Below are positions 37,993-47,176 of a stretch of 56,883 nucleotides of DNA, in pieces; the first letter of the stretch is position 1, and every line of letters begins with the position of its first letter. Origin of the DNA: a virus (taxonomy: Duplodnaviria; Caudoviricetes); the IMG/VR virus record IMGVR_UViG_3300033156_001123, positions 1-56,883 of that record; one strand, written 5' to 3'. The notes below the pieces were generated by a model. The model did no database searches, was not told where the DNA came from, and saw only the letters and a list, made by a program, of their open reading frames with translations. The position numbers and the translations under genes were made by a program.

Positions 37993-38367
37993 CTATTCAT
38001 CCACATTTCTCAAGTCCTTCACATCCATAATGATATCATTTTTCTTAATTACAACTGGCGCTCTCATTCTCTTCAATCCATCATTCCAATATTTCTTAAT
38101 TTCACTCCAAGGAATAGCAAATCTGCAATTCTGTGTCACCCTGCGAGAATGCAGAGACGTGGGAGATTTAGCAAATTGAAACAATAACTTAGATCCTTCT
38201 CTATATACATTCACATATTTATATTGTGCAAAGTTATATATCTTTTCTCTAACATAAACTGGCAAGTAAACTTCAAGTCTACGACCAATTCTACAAAAAG
38301 TGATTAATTCCTCACTTATACTCACTTTCTTTTTTACTAATTGCCAGGTCATTTTTATTTCTCCCAC
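37993..38367 (-). CDS. hypothetical protein (possibly AbrB/MraZ-like DNA-binding)
   Basis: AGGAG RBS; two short beta-hairpin-like halves (VYLP..., FAIP...). Confidence 0.55.
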   Translation of the reverse strand: MGEIKMTWQLVKKKVSISEELITFCRIGRRLEVYLPVYVREKIYNFAQYKYVNVYREGSKLLFQFAKSPTSLHSRRVTQNCRFAIPWSEIKKYWNDGLKRMRAPVVIKKNDIIMDVKDLRNVDE

Positions 38368-38602
38368 AATCTCCTTTTTTATTTATCAACATTTCCAAGA
38401 CATCCAGCGATTGCCAAGATGCCCATAGGATCACAATTTGAGCGAGCGATGGGCTATATTCCACCCCTGACATCCAGCGAATCATGCCCAAATTTCACAT
38501 TATCCAAAAAGTGATACAGTAAAACTGAAGTAAAATTGCAATTGATGAAAATTGATATTTTATTGTATATTCTTTTCCTATATAATTGATGATATTTTCC
38601 TT

Positions 38603-38905
38603 TCATTTCTTCATAAATTTCTCAGTTTTTTCAGCATTTTTTTCAGCTAATTCTTCAACTGTTATTTCGTCTATTTCATCTATTATCACATCACCTTTAA
38701 TATTTTCACCGATCCAGCCAAGAAAAGTAAAATCCTTTGACTTCAATATGAGATTTATCAGCTAAAGCTAAGAAGCACTCTAAACACAAAATTTTATCTG
38801 TATTTGGATAAATTACTTTACTCCAAAGTGAATCTTTAACTGATAAGCGATTCTCTGGATCCTACCACATTGATCACATATTTCATACTTCCATTTTTCT
38901 TTCAT
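38603..38905 (-). pseudogene. Zn-finger-like small gene interrupted by two compensating frameshifts
   Basis: MKEKWKYEICDQCGRIQRIAY / VKDSLWSKV...ILCLECF...IEV / KDFTFLGWIG...: the middle segment is in the -1 frame. Confidence 0.55.
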
Positions 38906-38951
38906 TTCTTTTTCCTTCTTTTTTCATAACTTCAGAATTCAAAATAAACAA

Positions 38952-39392
38952 TTAATCTAAGAAAAACCTCCTGCTAAACTTTTGTTCACCGAACTCCCAT
39001 ACTATCCAAAAAGAAGAAGAACTCTTCACAAAGTCCACTGAAAACAATTGACTCAATGTGACTGTGCTTTTCTTATCAATTTTATAATTCAGCCAATGAG
39101 GCCATTGCACACTATAAATTGTAGAATTGTTATTGATATCCTTAATTTTAAAAGTGACATTCTGTTGCCAATCTTTATTAACAGTATTTTTGACTACAAT
39201 GATCGAGCTGATAGTATCTTCTTTAAACCAATAACAATAAAACTTTTCAACCGTTAATTGTGGTAAATTCTTATCAATCTTTTTTTCACCTCCAAAAAAT
39301 ACCAGCAAAACAATACACATCACACCAATAGCCACCAAAACCAATATATTAGACAATTCATAATCTACAAAAATATCTTTTAAATTTTTCAT
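38952..39392 (-). CDS. membrane-anchored hypothetical protein
   Basis: N-terminal TM helix ILVLVAIGVMCIVLLVFF, then a beta-rich domain. Confidence 0.7.
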   Translation of the reverse strand: MKNLKDIFVDYELSNILVLVAIGVMCIVLLVFFGGEKKIDKNLPQLTVEKFYCYWFKEDTISSIIVVKNTVNKDWQQNVTFKIKDINNNSTIYSVQWPHWLNYKIDKKSTVTLSQLFSVDFVKSSSSFWIVWEFGEQKFSRRFFLD

Positions 39393-39406
39393 GATGATAC
39401 TCCAAT

Positions 39407-39544
39407 TTATTTTTGTGTTTTTTTCTTTTTTAGCTTATCAATTTCTTGCTGAAGTCTCTTTTTAAATTCTTCTGGAGATAACTCATATGCGTCATAGCCA
39501 ATGCCAGCTTCCGTATCGTCAATTATAATTTTCTTATTGTTCAT
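39407..39544 (-). CDS. 45-aa protein immediately downstream of MuF (not in ORF track)
   Basis: ATG 2 nt after the MuF stop, GAGGT RBS: MNNKKIIIDDTEAGIGYDAYELSPEEFKKRL... Confidence 0.6.
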   Translation of the reverse strand: MNNKKIIIDDTEAGIGYDAYELSPEEFKKRLQQEIDKLKKKKTQK

Positions 39545-39546
39545 AA

Positions 39547-40950
39547 TTACCTCACTTTTGTTCTCTTATAAACTAAATCAAATCTTTTTGATAAATTTTT
39601 CATAATTTCATGTGAATGCTGTTGCCAAGCTTCTCTTGGACCTAACAGACCTGAATGCACTTTATTATAATATTTATAATATGTTTTTGATTTTTCTTCA
39701 AGATATTTCATTCTTACTGCCATGGCATCTGGCCAATCACCCAATTTTTTTGGATATATTTCATATCTGTATTTATCACTAATAACCCTCAGCCTCTTCA
39801 ATCGGACTCGTTTAGCAAATATCAAATCACTATCACTAAAACTTGAGCTATTAGGGTGATTATGAATCATAGTTAATGAATGAATTTTCTGACGACGAAG
39901 TATTCCTGATTCTGATGGCGATAAAGTTATTTGATTTTTAGTACCTGTTTTGGTAAAAATAATATTACCCTTTTCATCTAAAATAGCAGTATGTTCAAGA
40001 CCATCTTTCTTAAACTCATTCATTATAGATTCTTCAGCTCTGAGAAATCGAGTTTCTAAAGGAGGTTCATAAACTCCTTTGACTTCCATTTTCAATCTTT
40101 CCAATTCTTCTTTTGTGAACAAGTCTTTCCTATAGAGATATGTGGTAAAACAACGACAGAGCGGGTGGAGCGGGATTTCAGCCCTTTCTCCTTTAGCATA
40201 ATAATATTCTCTACCTTCTCTTTCGGCACACTCTGGACAAGGCCAAGGCCCTATACTATTAACCATCCATCTTTCACCAATAATCCAATCAGTAGATTGC
40301 CCAAAAGAATAGTGTCCCATTTGAAACGCCCTGGCCATCTCTGTCCTGGCAATTCTTTGTGCTTTATAAGTCAAACCTTTTGCTGGCTTGCCAAACTCCG
40401 CTCCGATCATTTGCCTAATATCAGTGGTCAATTTTTGTATCGTATCTGCTTGAATTAGTCCTTGTTGCAGTCTATTTTGAATCTGACGAGTGGCTGCTAC
40501 TGTGTCAGCATCAACTAATTGTAAAGCGTAATTAGCATAAACTTCTATAGCTGCTCTATTTATAACTGTGAAAGCCGGTCTGAGAGTTGTCTCTATATTG
40601 TCAAGCAATGCTGCCATCTGAGCCTGACCAAATTGTATACCTTTTTCTCCAGCTCCTCTGACTGCCTGTGGTACTTGTCTGCGCAGTTTAGCATTTAAAA
40701 CTTCCATTTCAGCAGCAATAGCATCCTGTAATTCTCTCAATCTACCAATAGCAGTAGGAGAAGCTACATCTTTAGTCCAATCTGCCCATTTTAAAGCAAT
40801 TTGTCTCTCAATTTCTTTCCTGGCTTCATAATATAATCTCCATAATCTTTTCAGCTGATTCTCACTATATTTCTCAAAAGAATTTATAGCTCTTTCTGTA
40901 GCTTTCTGAATAGCCAGAGATATGTCTTTGCTTTCTGTTATTGTTTTCAT
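39547..40950 (-). CDS. MuF/SPP1 gp7 minor head protein with C-terminal JAB/MPN-like domain
   Basis: RIARTEMARA, CPEC, PLHPLCRC; C-terminal EHTAILD...HNHPNSSSFSDSD. Confidence 0.85.
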   Translation of the reverse strand: MKTITESKDISLAIQKATERAINSFEKYSENQLKRLWRLYYEARKEIERQIALKWADWTKDVASPTAIGRLRELQDAIAAEMEVLNAKLRRQVPQAVRGAGEKGIQFGQAQMAALLDNIETTLRPAFTVINRAAIEVYANYALQLVDADTVAATRQIQNRLQQGLIQADTIQKLTTDIRQMIGAEFGKPAKGLTYKAQRIARTEMARAFQMGHYSFGQSTDWIIGERWMVNSIGPWPCPECAEREGREYYYAKGERAEIPLHPLCRCFTTYLYRKDLFTKEELERLKMEVKGVYEPPLETRFLRAEESIMNEFKKDGLEHTAILDEKGNIIFTKTGTKNQITLSPSESGILRRQKIHSLTMIHNHPNSSSFSDSDLIFAKRVRLKRLRVISDKYRYEIYPKKLGDWPDAMAVRMKYLEEKSKTYYKYYNKVHSGLLGPREAWQQHSHEIMKNLSKRFDLVYKRTKVR

Positions 40951-41443
40951 GGTTTCTTCACAATGATAATATTCCTCTTCTGTCTACCGAAATTCTTAGC
41001 AATTTTTCTACTTCTTAAAAATAGATCAACAGTATTCACTACCCTTTTACCACCAGCAAACTCTCCCATTAGATCCTGAACCTCAAATCCTATATATATT
41101 ACATCTCCCCACTTTAGATTATATTTCTTTTTCAAGTCTCTACTCACAGCCACATACTTCATTTGCCACAGATCCAAAGGAGTTACTTTCAAATTACTCG
41201 CAGTTCTAAAAACATCTCCAAAAGTTTGAGCTTTGTCTGGGGAATAAGCTGTTACATCAGCTTCAAAAATTGAATAGTCTTTTTTATCTTTATAATCAGC
41301 CAGCTGGACAAATTGCATACTTAATTCATTCAGCTTATCTCTGCGTTCATTAGCCAATTTGTATCCATGGCAAAACCCAACAAATAACATATCAAGCACA
41401 GGATAATTACAATCAGAACCCAATACAGGACTTTATATCTCAT
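40947..41443 (-). CDS. membrane-anchored 3D-domain (MltA-like) peptidoglycan enzyme; N-terminus joined by -1 shift at G_GGU_UUU
   Basis: VTAYS, TAS, VAVSRD, EVQD, VDLF, FGRQ; RBS-backed ATG at 41443 encodes a TM helix in a different frame. Confidence 0.75.
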
Positions 41444-41455
41444 TTGTCCTTCCTT

Positions 41456-41686
41456 TCATCCACACTCACTATACCCACAAGATCTGCAGACTGAACAGCC
41501 ACCCTCATATTCAATATTACTGCTTCCACACTCAGGACAGCAAGCAACCTTTCTTTTACTATTATATCTTACAATACCGCATTCACCATATCCACCAGCT
41601 TTCAATGCTTCAGACAATTCTTGTTCATTTAAAACATGCCATCTGATTGCTAATAACGCTGCTCTTTTTAATTGTTCCAATTCCAT
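41456..41686 (-). CDS. small Zn-ribbon protein resembling the class II RNR C-terminal finger
   Basis: CPECG...YEGGCSVCRSCGYSECG. Confidence 0.7.
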   Translation of the reverse strand: MELEQLKRAALLAIRWHVLNEQELSEALKAGGYGECGIVRYNSKRKVACCPECGSSNIEYEGGCSVCRSCGYSECG

Positions 41687-41776
41687 CTATTTACTCCTCT
41701 ATCAAGAATTGCAATCCATAAAAGGACAAAATCCAAAACATCAAAAAGCATCATTCATCTCTCGCAAAACAATCAA

Positions 41777-42382
41777 TTAAAACAAAAACCCCTGGGCTAA
41801 TCTTCTCTCTGCAATCCTACAATATTCTTCATTAATCTCAAAGCCAATATAATGTCGGCCAAGCTCCTTACAAGCTACAGCAGTAGTTCCCGAACCCATA
41901 AATGGATCAAGGACAACATCTCCTTCATCAGTAAATCTCTCAATCAACTTTATCATAAAATCAATAGGTTTAGGTGAAGGATGCTTAGGTTTCTTGCCTT
42001 TTATAACAAACTCAAAATAATCTTGACCTCTCTTTATCTTTCCTCCTAAAACAATAGGTATCCAATTTCCAAATCCCACCTTATTAGAAGTCATCCCATT
42101 CTTATTCCTCGCAGCAAGAATTCCTTTGTATTCATTTCCTAATGCCAAAATACATTGGGCTATATTCTCTTGACCTGGTGTTATAGCAACTCCTTTGCGA
42201 GAAAGTCGCAATAACTCTTTTTCAAACCCTGTTATATAACTTGTGTCCCAGTCTGCTTTTAAAATCCCATAAGGAGGGTCTGCAAAACAAAAATCCACAC
42301 TTTTACTGGGCAGCTTTTTCATTCCCTCAAAACAATCCTCGTTATAAATCACATCAAGCTCCACCTTACTTCTCCTTCTCAT
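41777..42382 (-). CDS. beta-class DNA methyltransferase
   Basis: ADPPYG, HPSPKP, VLDPFMGSGTT. Confidence 0.92.
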   Translation of the reverse strand: MRRRSKVELDVIYNEDCFEGMKKLPSKSVDFCFADPPYGILKADWDTSYITGFEKELLRLSRKGVAITPGQENIAQCILALGNEYKGILAARNKNGMTSNKVGFGNWIPIVLGGKIKRGQDYFEFVIKGKKPKHPSPKPIDFMIKLIERFTDEGDVVLDPFMGSGTTAVACKELGRHYIGFEINEEYCRIAERRLAQGFLF

Positions 42383-42393
42383 TTCTTATACTT

Positions 42394-43833
42394 TTAATCA
42401 TTCTTCACCCTATTAAGAATTTTTGTAATCAATTTTGTGGCAGCTTCTTTCTCTATTTCTCCTTTAGCAACAGCATTGCCAATTTCTGCAATCGCCAAAT
42501 CAACTTTACTAAAACTTTCTTCTGTTTCTTTAACAGACTCTTCCTGCTCCTTTGACAGCTTCTCCTCTTCCTTCTCAACATCCAAGCCAAAATACTGGCA
42601 AATTAAATCCAAAGCTGTTTTAGCGCTAATGATACCTGCTGCCCTAACTGACAATATTGACCTGCTGATTTTTTCAATTTCCGATAATTCATAATCCTGA
42701 ATTGGTGGAAATACAACTTTCAAGTCAAACTTACCTTCTTTATTTTCAGCAGTCTTCCAAGGCCAAATATTTTTTCCTCCACTTTTTTCCAAAGATATTT
42801 TATAAATCTTATAAAACAATTCTTCAAACTTCCTGGCAAATATAGATTGTCTCCTTTGAATTTTTTTCATAAAAGGAAATAACATTTCTCTTGCTGTAGC
42901 TCTGTTTACCATTTCTCCTAAATTTAGCCAGTGGGTCGGTGTTTCTGATGCCATAGCAATAACTTTAGCCAATCTATTTATCATCGCTTCTAAATCAAAT
43001 TTACCAGTAGGCTCTACCAATTGATAATCTGCACCTTTGGGCAAATATAATTGCGTTCCTGGTGGGAAACTTCTCCTAATGCCTTTTTTAGTGTCCACAT
43101 CTCTGCTCAATTTAGCCATTCTTTTTTTCAGCAATACTCTATACCTTAAATCAATCCCTATAAACTTACCAATTGGCTGGCTGGCAAATAATCTTCTTTT
43201 ATCAGCTTCCTCAACCAGAGAATCATACATATCCAAGTGATAGAATAAGTGATACAAATCACTATTACCAAATAAACTATCACTTACAGCATTAACCATT
43301 ACATGAACCATTTCCTCTGGTGGAATTTCTTCGCCTTGTGGATTTGTATCATCGGTAATTTGAGGAAATTGCTGGACAAAACTTTTTACTTCATTCACAT
43401 TATCCTCGTCTACGATTTTGCCAATAGTTTTTGGAGGTAATAAAGCTATTTCAAAATGATTTATATCCTTTTTATCGTGGAAAATTCTAATAAAATTGTC
43501 TCCATATATCCCTGATTCAATGCCAACTTGAAATAAATCCAGCTGTTTAATTAATTCTCTTGCAAATTGAACTTGATCATTATCACCAACAAATTGAATA
43601 CCTTTGCCAAAAGTCGCAGAAGCTGTCAAATTGATAATTGGTCTGGCAAATTGATTTTCTAAATAATAACTCCAAGCTTTTTCATAAATAGCGATCCTAT
43701 CTTCAGGAGCTTTCCAATCTTTGCCTTTTTTGTAAATATAACTACCTAAGCTGATGTCGACACTCCCATATTTGGCTCTTCTAAAAGGTAATCTTGCTTC
43801 TAAAATGTTATTAAACCAATCTTTTATTCCCAA
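42394..43833 (-). CDS. portal protein
   Basis: 479 aa directly after the terminase; FGKG, IYGD.F, GNSDL, P.HWL...NRATA. Confidence 0.85.
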   Translation of the reverse strand: MGIKDWFNNILEARLPFRRAKYGSVDISLGSYIYKKGKDWKAPEDRIAIYEKAWSYYLENQFARPIINLTASATFGKGIQFVGDNDQVQFARELIKQLDLFQVGIESGIYGDNFIRIFHDKKDINHFEIALLPPKTIGKIVDEDNVNEVKSFVQQFPQITDDTNPQGEEIPPEEMVHVMVNAVSDSLFGNSDLYHLFYHLDMYDSLVEEADKRRLFASQPIGKFIGIDLRYRVLLKKRMAKLSRDVDTKKGIRRSFPPGTQLYLPKGADYQLVEPTGKFDLEAMINRLAKVIAMASETPTHWLNLGEMVNRATAREMLFPFMKKIQRRQSIFARKFEELFYKIYKISLEKSGGKNIWPWKTAENKEGKFDLKVVFPPIQDYELSEIEKISRSILSVRAAGIISAKTALDLICQYFGLDVEKEEEKLSKEQEESVKETEESFSKVDLAIAEIGNAVAKGEIEKEAATKLITKILNRVKND

Positions 43834-43845
43834 TTAAATCACCAC

Positions 43846-44544
43846 CTACATTATTATTGGCACACCATCTCCAAAATGTCCATCTTCTGGACTATAAATA
43901 TCTTCATCTTCTTCAACTGCCCATGTGCCTTTTCTATATTGACTTACTTCACCATAATCTATTTCCAAATCTTGACCAATACCAGTGCCACCATTTAACC
44001 ATTCCTGCTCTCCAACCATAGTATAAGCTAAAGCATCCGCATAATCAGGAGATTTGCCTATTCTCTTAATTATCTCTTCTTTACTTTCAAACTTTATCTG
44101 TCCTGAACGAGTATAATAATATTTAATACTACTCAATTCTAATATAATCCTGTTCTTTTGCTCTGGAGTCACATTTTTAAATTTAATCGCTCTTTTTTCA
44201 AATGCTTGTCTCAACCTCCAATATAGCTCAGACCTTAAATCCTTAAATTCTTTGGGTCTAAATGCTTTTGCTCCTCCAATTACTCTAAATAAAGGAATCA
44301 TTCTTTCTTCAAGATTGTCTGCAACCCCAGCACCAATACCAATAGCATCTATGCTTATAAACATAGGATGCCAATTTCTAAAACTCGCTTCTATTATATC
44401 AGTTAATTCATTAGTTTTAGTCTTGCTGTGTTCTTCAAAACCTTCAATTATATATATACCATTTTCATAATTGCGTATACAAAACACAGACTGGTCACTA
44501 CCTAATCTGGCAATATCACAGCCCATGATCCTCATTTTAATCAA
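43846..44544 (-). CDS. terminase large subunit, RNase H-like nuclease domain as a separate gene (likely ATG 44535)
   Basis: GCDIARLGSD, IDAIGIGAGV, ESKEE...SPDYADAL; GAAGGAG RBS. Confidence 0.88.
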   Translation of the reverse strand: MIKMRIMGCDIARLGSDQSVFCIRNYENGIYIIEGFEEHSKTKTNELTDIIEASFRNWHPMFISIDAIGIGAGVADNLEERMIPLFRVIGGAKAFRPKEFKDLRSELYWRLRQAFEKRAIKFKNVTPEQKNRIILELSSIKYYYTRSGQIKFESKEEIIKRIGKSPDYADALAYTMVGEQEWLNGGTGIGQDLEIDYGEVSQYRKGTWAVEEDEDIYSPEDGHFGDGVPIIM

Positions 44545-45368
44545 GCTCCTTCAAAAGCTAATTCTATCCAGTTTAAAGGTATACCATATTCAACATCCTC
44601 TTCTGGAAATTCTCCCAGCACTTTAGCTCTCCACAAAATAGAATCCTCTCCCCATTCTAATTTTCTACCTTCTATCCATCCTTTTTCAACCAAACCAGGA
44701 ATAGCTGGTTCTTTACCACTTACATTTGGACTATCAAAGCAACTGATGTGGATTTTATAATATTTAGGATCCTGAAAAGCCTTATAAAAATGATCGCCTT
44801 TACCAACTGGATTGCCTAATTGTAAAAAATACGCATTAGTAGTTAGCAGACTCTGACTCGCATCATATAATGTTTTACTGACTCCAGGAGATTCATCTAA
44901 TATTACCAAAATATTTGGTGAATGATATCCCTGGAAACTTTCTGGCTTTGTTTCATCTGGGTGCAAACCCACAGCAAAATGATTATTAGAAAGTTCATAT
45001 CTCATTGCCAGCATTCTACCTCCAATTACTTGTGGCATCAAAGATTTTTCATATATATCCCTTATGTGCTTCCAGAGTATCATCTCAACCTGCTTATATG
45101 TGGGAGCTGTTGTAATAGCAATACTGGGGTGACGAGTAGCAATAAAAGTCAATACAATTGCAGCACTAACCAATGTTTTGCCAACTCCGTGACCAGATCT
45201 TACAGCTACATAATGATGTTCGAATAAAGCATTGACAATTTCTACTTGTTTACTCCAGAGATTAATTCTGAGTATGTCGTTGATGAATCGCATCTCTGGA
45301 GTATTTTTTGAGAAAATCGTCGAGGAGTTGCTGCTCCTGGCTCGAGGCTTTCTTACTACTGACATCAT
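44541..45368 (-). CDS. terminase large subunit, ATPase domain
   Basis: WSKQ, RSGHGVGKT (Walker A), VILDES (Walker B), LGNP, VLGEFP. Confidence 0.92.
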   Translation of the reverse strand: MMSVVRKPRARSSNSSTIFSKNTPEMRFINDILRINLWSKQVEIVNALFEHHYVAVRSGHGVGKTLVSAAIVLTFIATRHPSIAITTAPTYKQVEMILWKHIRDIYEKSLMPQVIGGRMLAMRYELSNNHFAVGLHPDETKPESFQGYHSPNILVILDESPGVSKTLYDASQSLLTTNAYFLQLGNPVGKGDHFYKAFQDPKYYKIHISCFDSPNVSGKEPAIPGLVEKGWIEGRKLEWGEDSILWRAKVLGEFPEEDVEYGIPLNWIELAFEGA

Positions 45369-45810
45369 TTAGCACCTGCTGTAATGTAATTTTTTGTTCA
45401 GTTCTTTCAGTTGGCTCTCCTAACAAATAAAATAAAGTCCTGATTAGCCTTTCCTGACTATCAACTAATTGCCTAACCTCATGAATAGCATTTACATTCA
45501 GTTCTCCACTCTTAAACTTCTTTTTAGCATTCTTAATTAGTTTCTCTACCAACCTTAGAGAGCTTTTAATTTCTTTAACTGCTTTGTCCCTCTGTTTAAT
45601 AATATAATTATCAGTTCGCTCAGCTAACTTATTAGCAATTCTGGCATTTCTCTTCTCTATTTTTTCTCTCCATCTATATCGTTGGCTCCAGCCACACACT
45701 TTTTTGTAAGGCACACCAAATTTCTTTGCTACTTTTTCCAGACTACGGTCTTGTCCTAAAGCAAAATAATACTCAAATGCTTCAATGTGTTCCAAATCTT
45801 CCATTCTCAA
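45262..45810 (-). CDS. terminase small subunit
   Basis: AFEYYFALGQDRSLEKVA...WSQRYRW HTH; GEPTERTE; precedes TerL. Confidence 0.8.
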   Translation of the reverse strand: MRMEDLEHIEAFEYYFALGQDRSLEKVAKKFGVPYKKVCGWSQRYRWREKIEKRNARIANKLAERTDNYIIKQRDKAVKEIKSSLRLVEKLIKNAKKKFKSGELNVNAIHEVRQLVDSQERLIRTLFYLLGEPTERTEQKITLQQVLNDVSSKKASSQEQQLLDDFLKKYSRDAIHQRHTQN

Positions 45811-46180
45811 ATTCCTCCCATAACTTCTGACATTCTGGATTCTCTTTTATTACAGATTTAATAGCCTTTAACCTTGTAAATACATAATACTGGCTACAAC
45901 CAAGGAATTTAGCAATTTTAAATTGTGACAGTTCTTTAAAATACCTTAAATAAATAATTAGACCATCTAATCCTCTTAATTGATCTCTAATCTTAAATAA
46001 TAAATTAAGTTCAGCAGAATCCCACTCTGGCTCTTCTAACTCTTCAGTAACTATCTCGTCAATTGTTTTAGTTTTACCATCAACATCAACAATACTCAGC
46101 TCAGAAAAATTTTTAACAATGATTGTGCGTAACTTTTTATGCTTCTTGTCGTAGAATTGTATCTTCTCTATTTTCAGCAC
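45782..46180 (-). CDS. sigma70 region-4-like HTH transcription regulator
   Basis: IIYLRYFKELSQFKIAKFLGCSQYYV. Confidence 0.7.
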   Translation of the reverse strand: MLKIEKIQFYDKKHKKLRTIIVKNFSELSIVDVDGKTKTIDEIVTEELEEPEWDSAELNLLFKIRDQLRGLDGLIIYLRYFKELSQFKIAKFLGCSQYYVFTRLKAIKSVIKENPECQKLWEEFENGRFGTH

Positions 46181-46332
46181 CTGCCTCTATTTTAATAAAA
46201 AAATAATTTCAGACTAATCAGTTAAATAACTTGCTAATCAATGATAGCCAGGTTTCTCAAAAATTCAATTATGGCACTCTCGTTACTTTTCTTTAATTCA
46301 AATTGTTTCTTTATCTTCCTTTTCATCCTCAT

Positions 46333-46593
46333 CTATTTTACGAGATAAGACTTGAGAAAATTTCGAACATATGGGCGTCTTAATGCAGCTTCTTTAACTC
46401 TTTCATCTCGTAAGACTAAATCAATTAACTTTGGTATCTCATACTCATTTAGCTCAACGATATACTGTTCATTAGCTGACACATCCATTGCAAGCCAGAC
46501 TTTATCGTTTTTGTTTGGTCTAAAATCGATTCTCATATCTCCCTTCTTAATAGTATATGCTGGAATCCCTTTGCTTCTTGTTATTATCTTCAT
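46333..46593 (-). CDS. hypothetical protein
   Basis: ORF with RBS in the accessory block. Confidence 0.65.
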   Translation of the reverse strand: MKIITRSKGIPAYTIKKGDMRIDFRPNKNDKVWLAMDVSANEQYIVELNEYEIPKLIDLVLRDERVKEAALRRPYVRNFLKSYLVK

Positions 46594-46648
46594 TTCCCTA
46601 TCTCCTTTTTTAATTAATTTTTTCTCTTCTCATATATATCTATCCTTC

Positions 46649-46888
46649 TCATTTTTTCCTACTTAGATAAGATGTTATATCCTTCCCATTTACTCCAACT
46701 AAATAAACTTCATTTCTACATCGCACATAAGCTAATGTCTTATCCTCTATCTTTGTATTATTACTCAAAACTTTTTTACCATACTCAACTTTATGTTTTT
46801 TTCCACAATGCGGACAAACAATTTCTTCTCCCAAATCAGGCATCTTTTTTAATTCATCATTACCAAAAGCAATAAATGGGACATTCAT
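46649..46888 (-). CDS. small Cys-motif protein
   Basis: CPHCGKKH. Confidence 0.65.
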   Translation of the reverse strand: MNVPFIAFGNDELKKMPDLGEEIVCPHCGKKHKVEYGKKVLSNNTKIEDKTLAYVRCRNEVYLVGVNGKDITSYLSRKK

Positions 46889-46895
46889 ATTCTTC

Positions 46896-47030
46896 CTATC
46901 TCCTTTCTACTTTAAAATTATCCTCACATTTTTCGCAATAACATATACAAAAAACTTTACCATCTGCCTCTTGTAGAGTACCTACCAGCTCGGCTTTTCC
47001 TCCACATTTTGGGCATTTAAGATGGCTCAT
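46896..47030 (-). CDS. 44-aa Zn-ribbon protein (not in ORF track)
   Basis: GGAG RBS; MSHLKCPKCGG...CEKC. Confidence 0.6.
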   Translation of the reverse strand: MSHLKCPKCGGKAELVGTLQEADGKVFCICYCEKCEDNFKVERR

Positions 47031-47176
47031 TTATCTCTCCTCATAGATATCTATCCTCCTCATTGTCCCCTTTGCACCTAATCTATGAACGGTAAATTTC
47101 AGTGGCTCAGGCTTCTTGAGCATAAATGAGTTATCAAAAGAAATAGAGACTGATTTGCCATTTGGGGTTGTGTTAT

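Noticed and set aside
44535-44560. Frameshift or hop joining the TerL halves
   Set aside because: No slippery heptamer, a stop in the nuclease frame just upstream, no in-frame matching landing codon, and a good RBS for reinitiation
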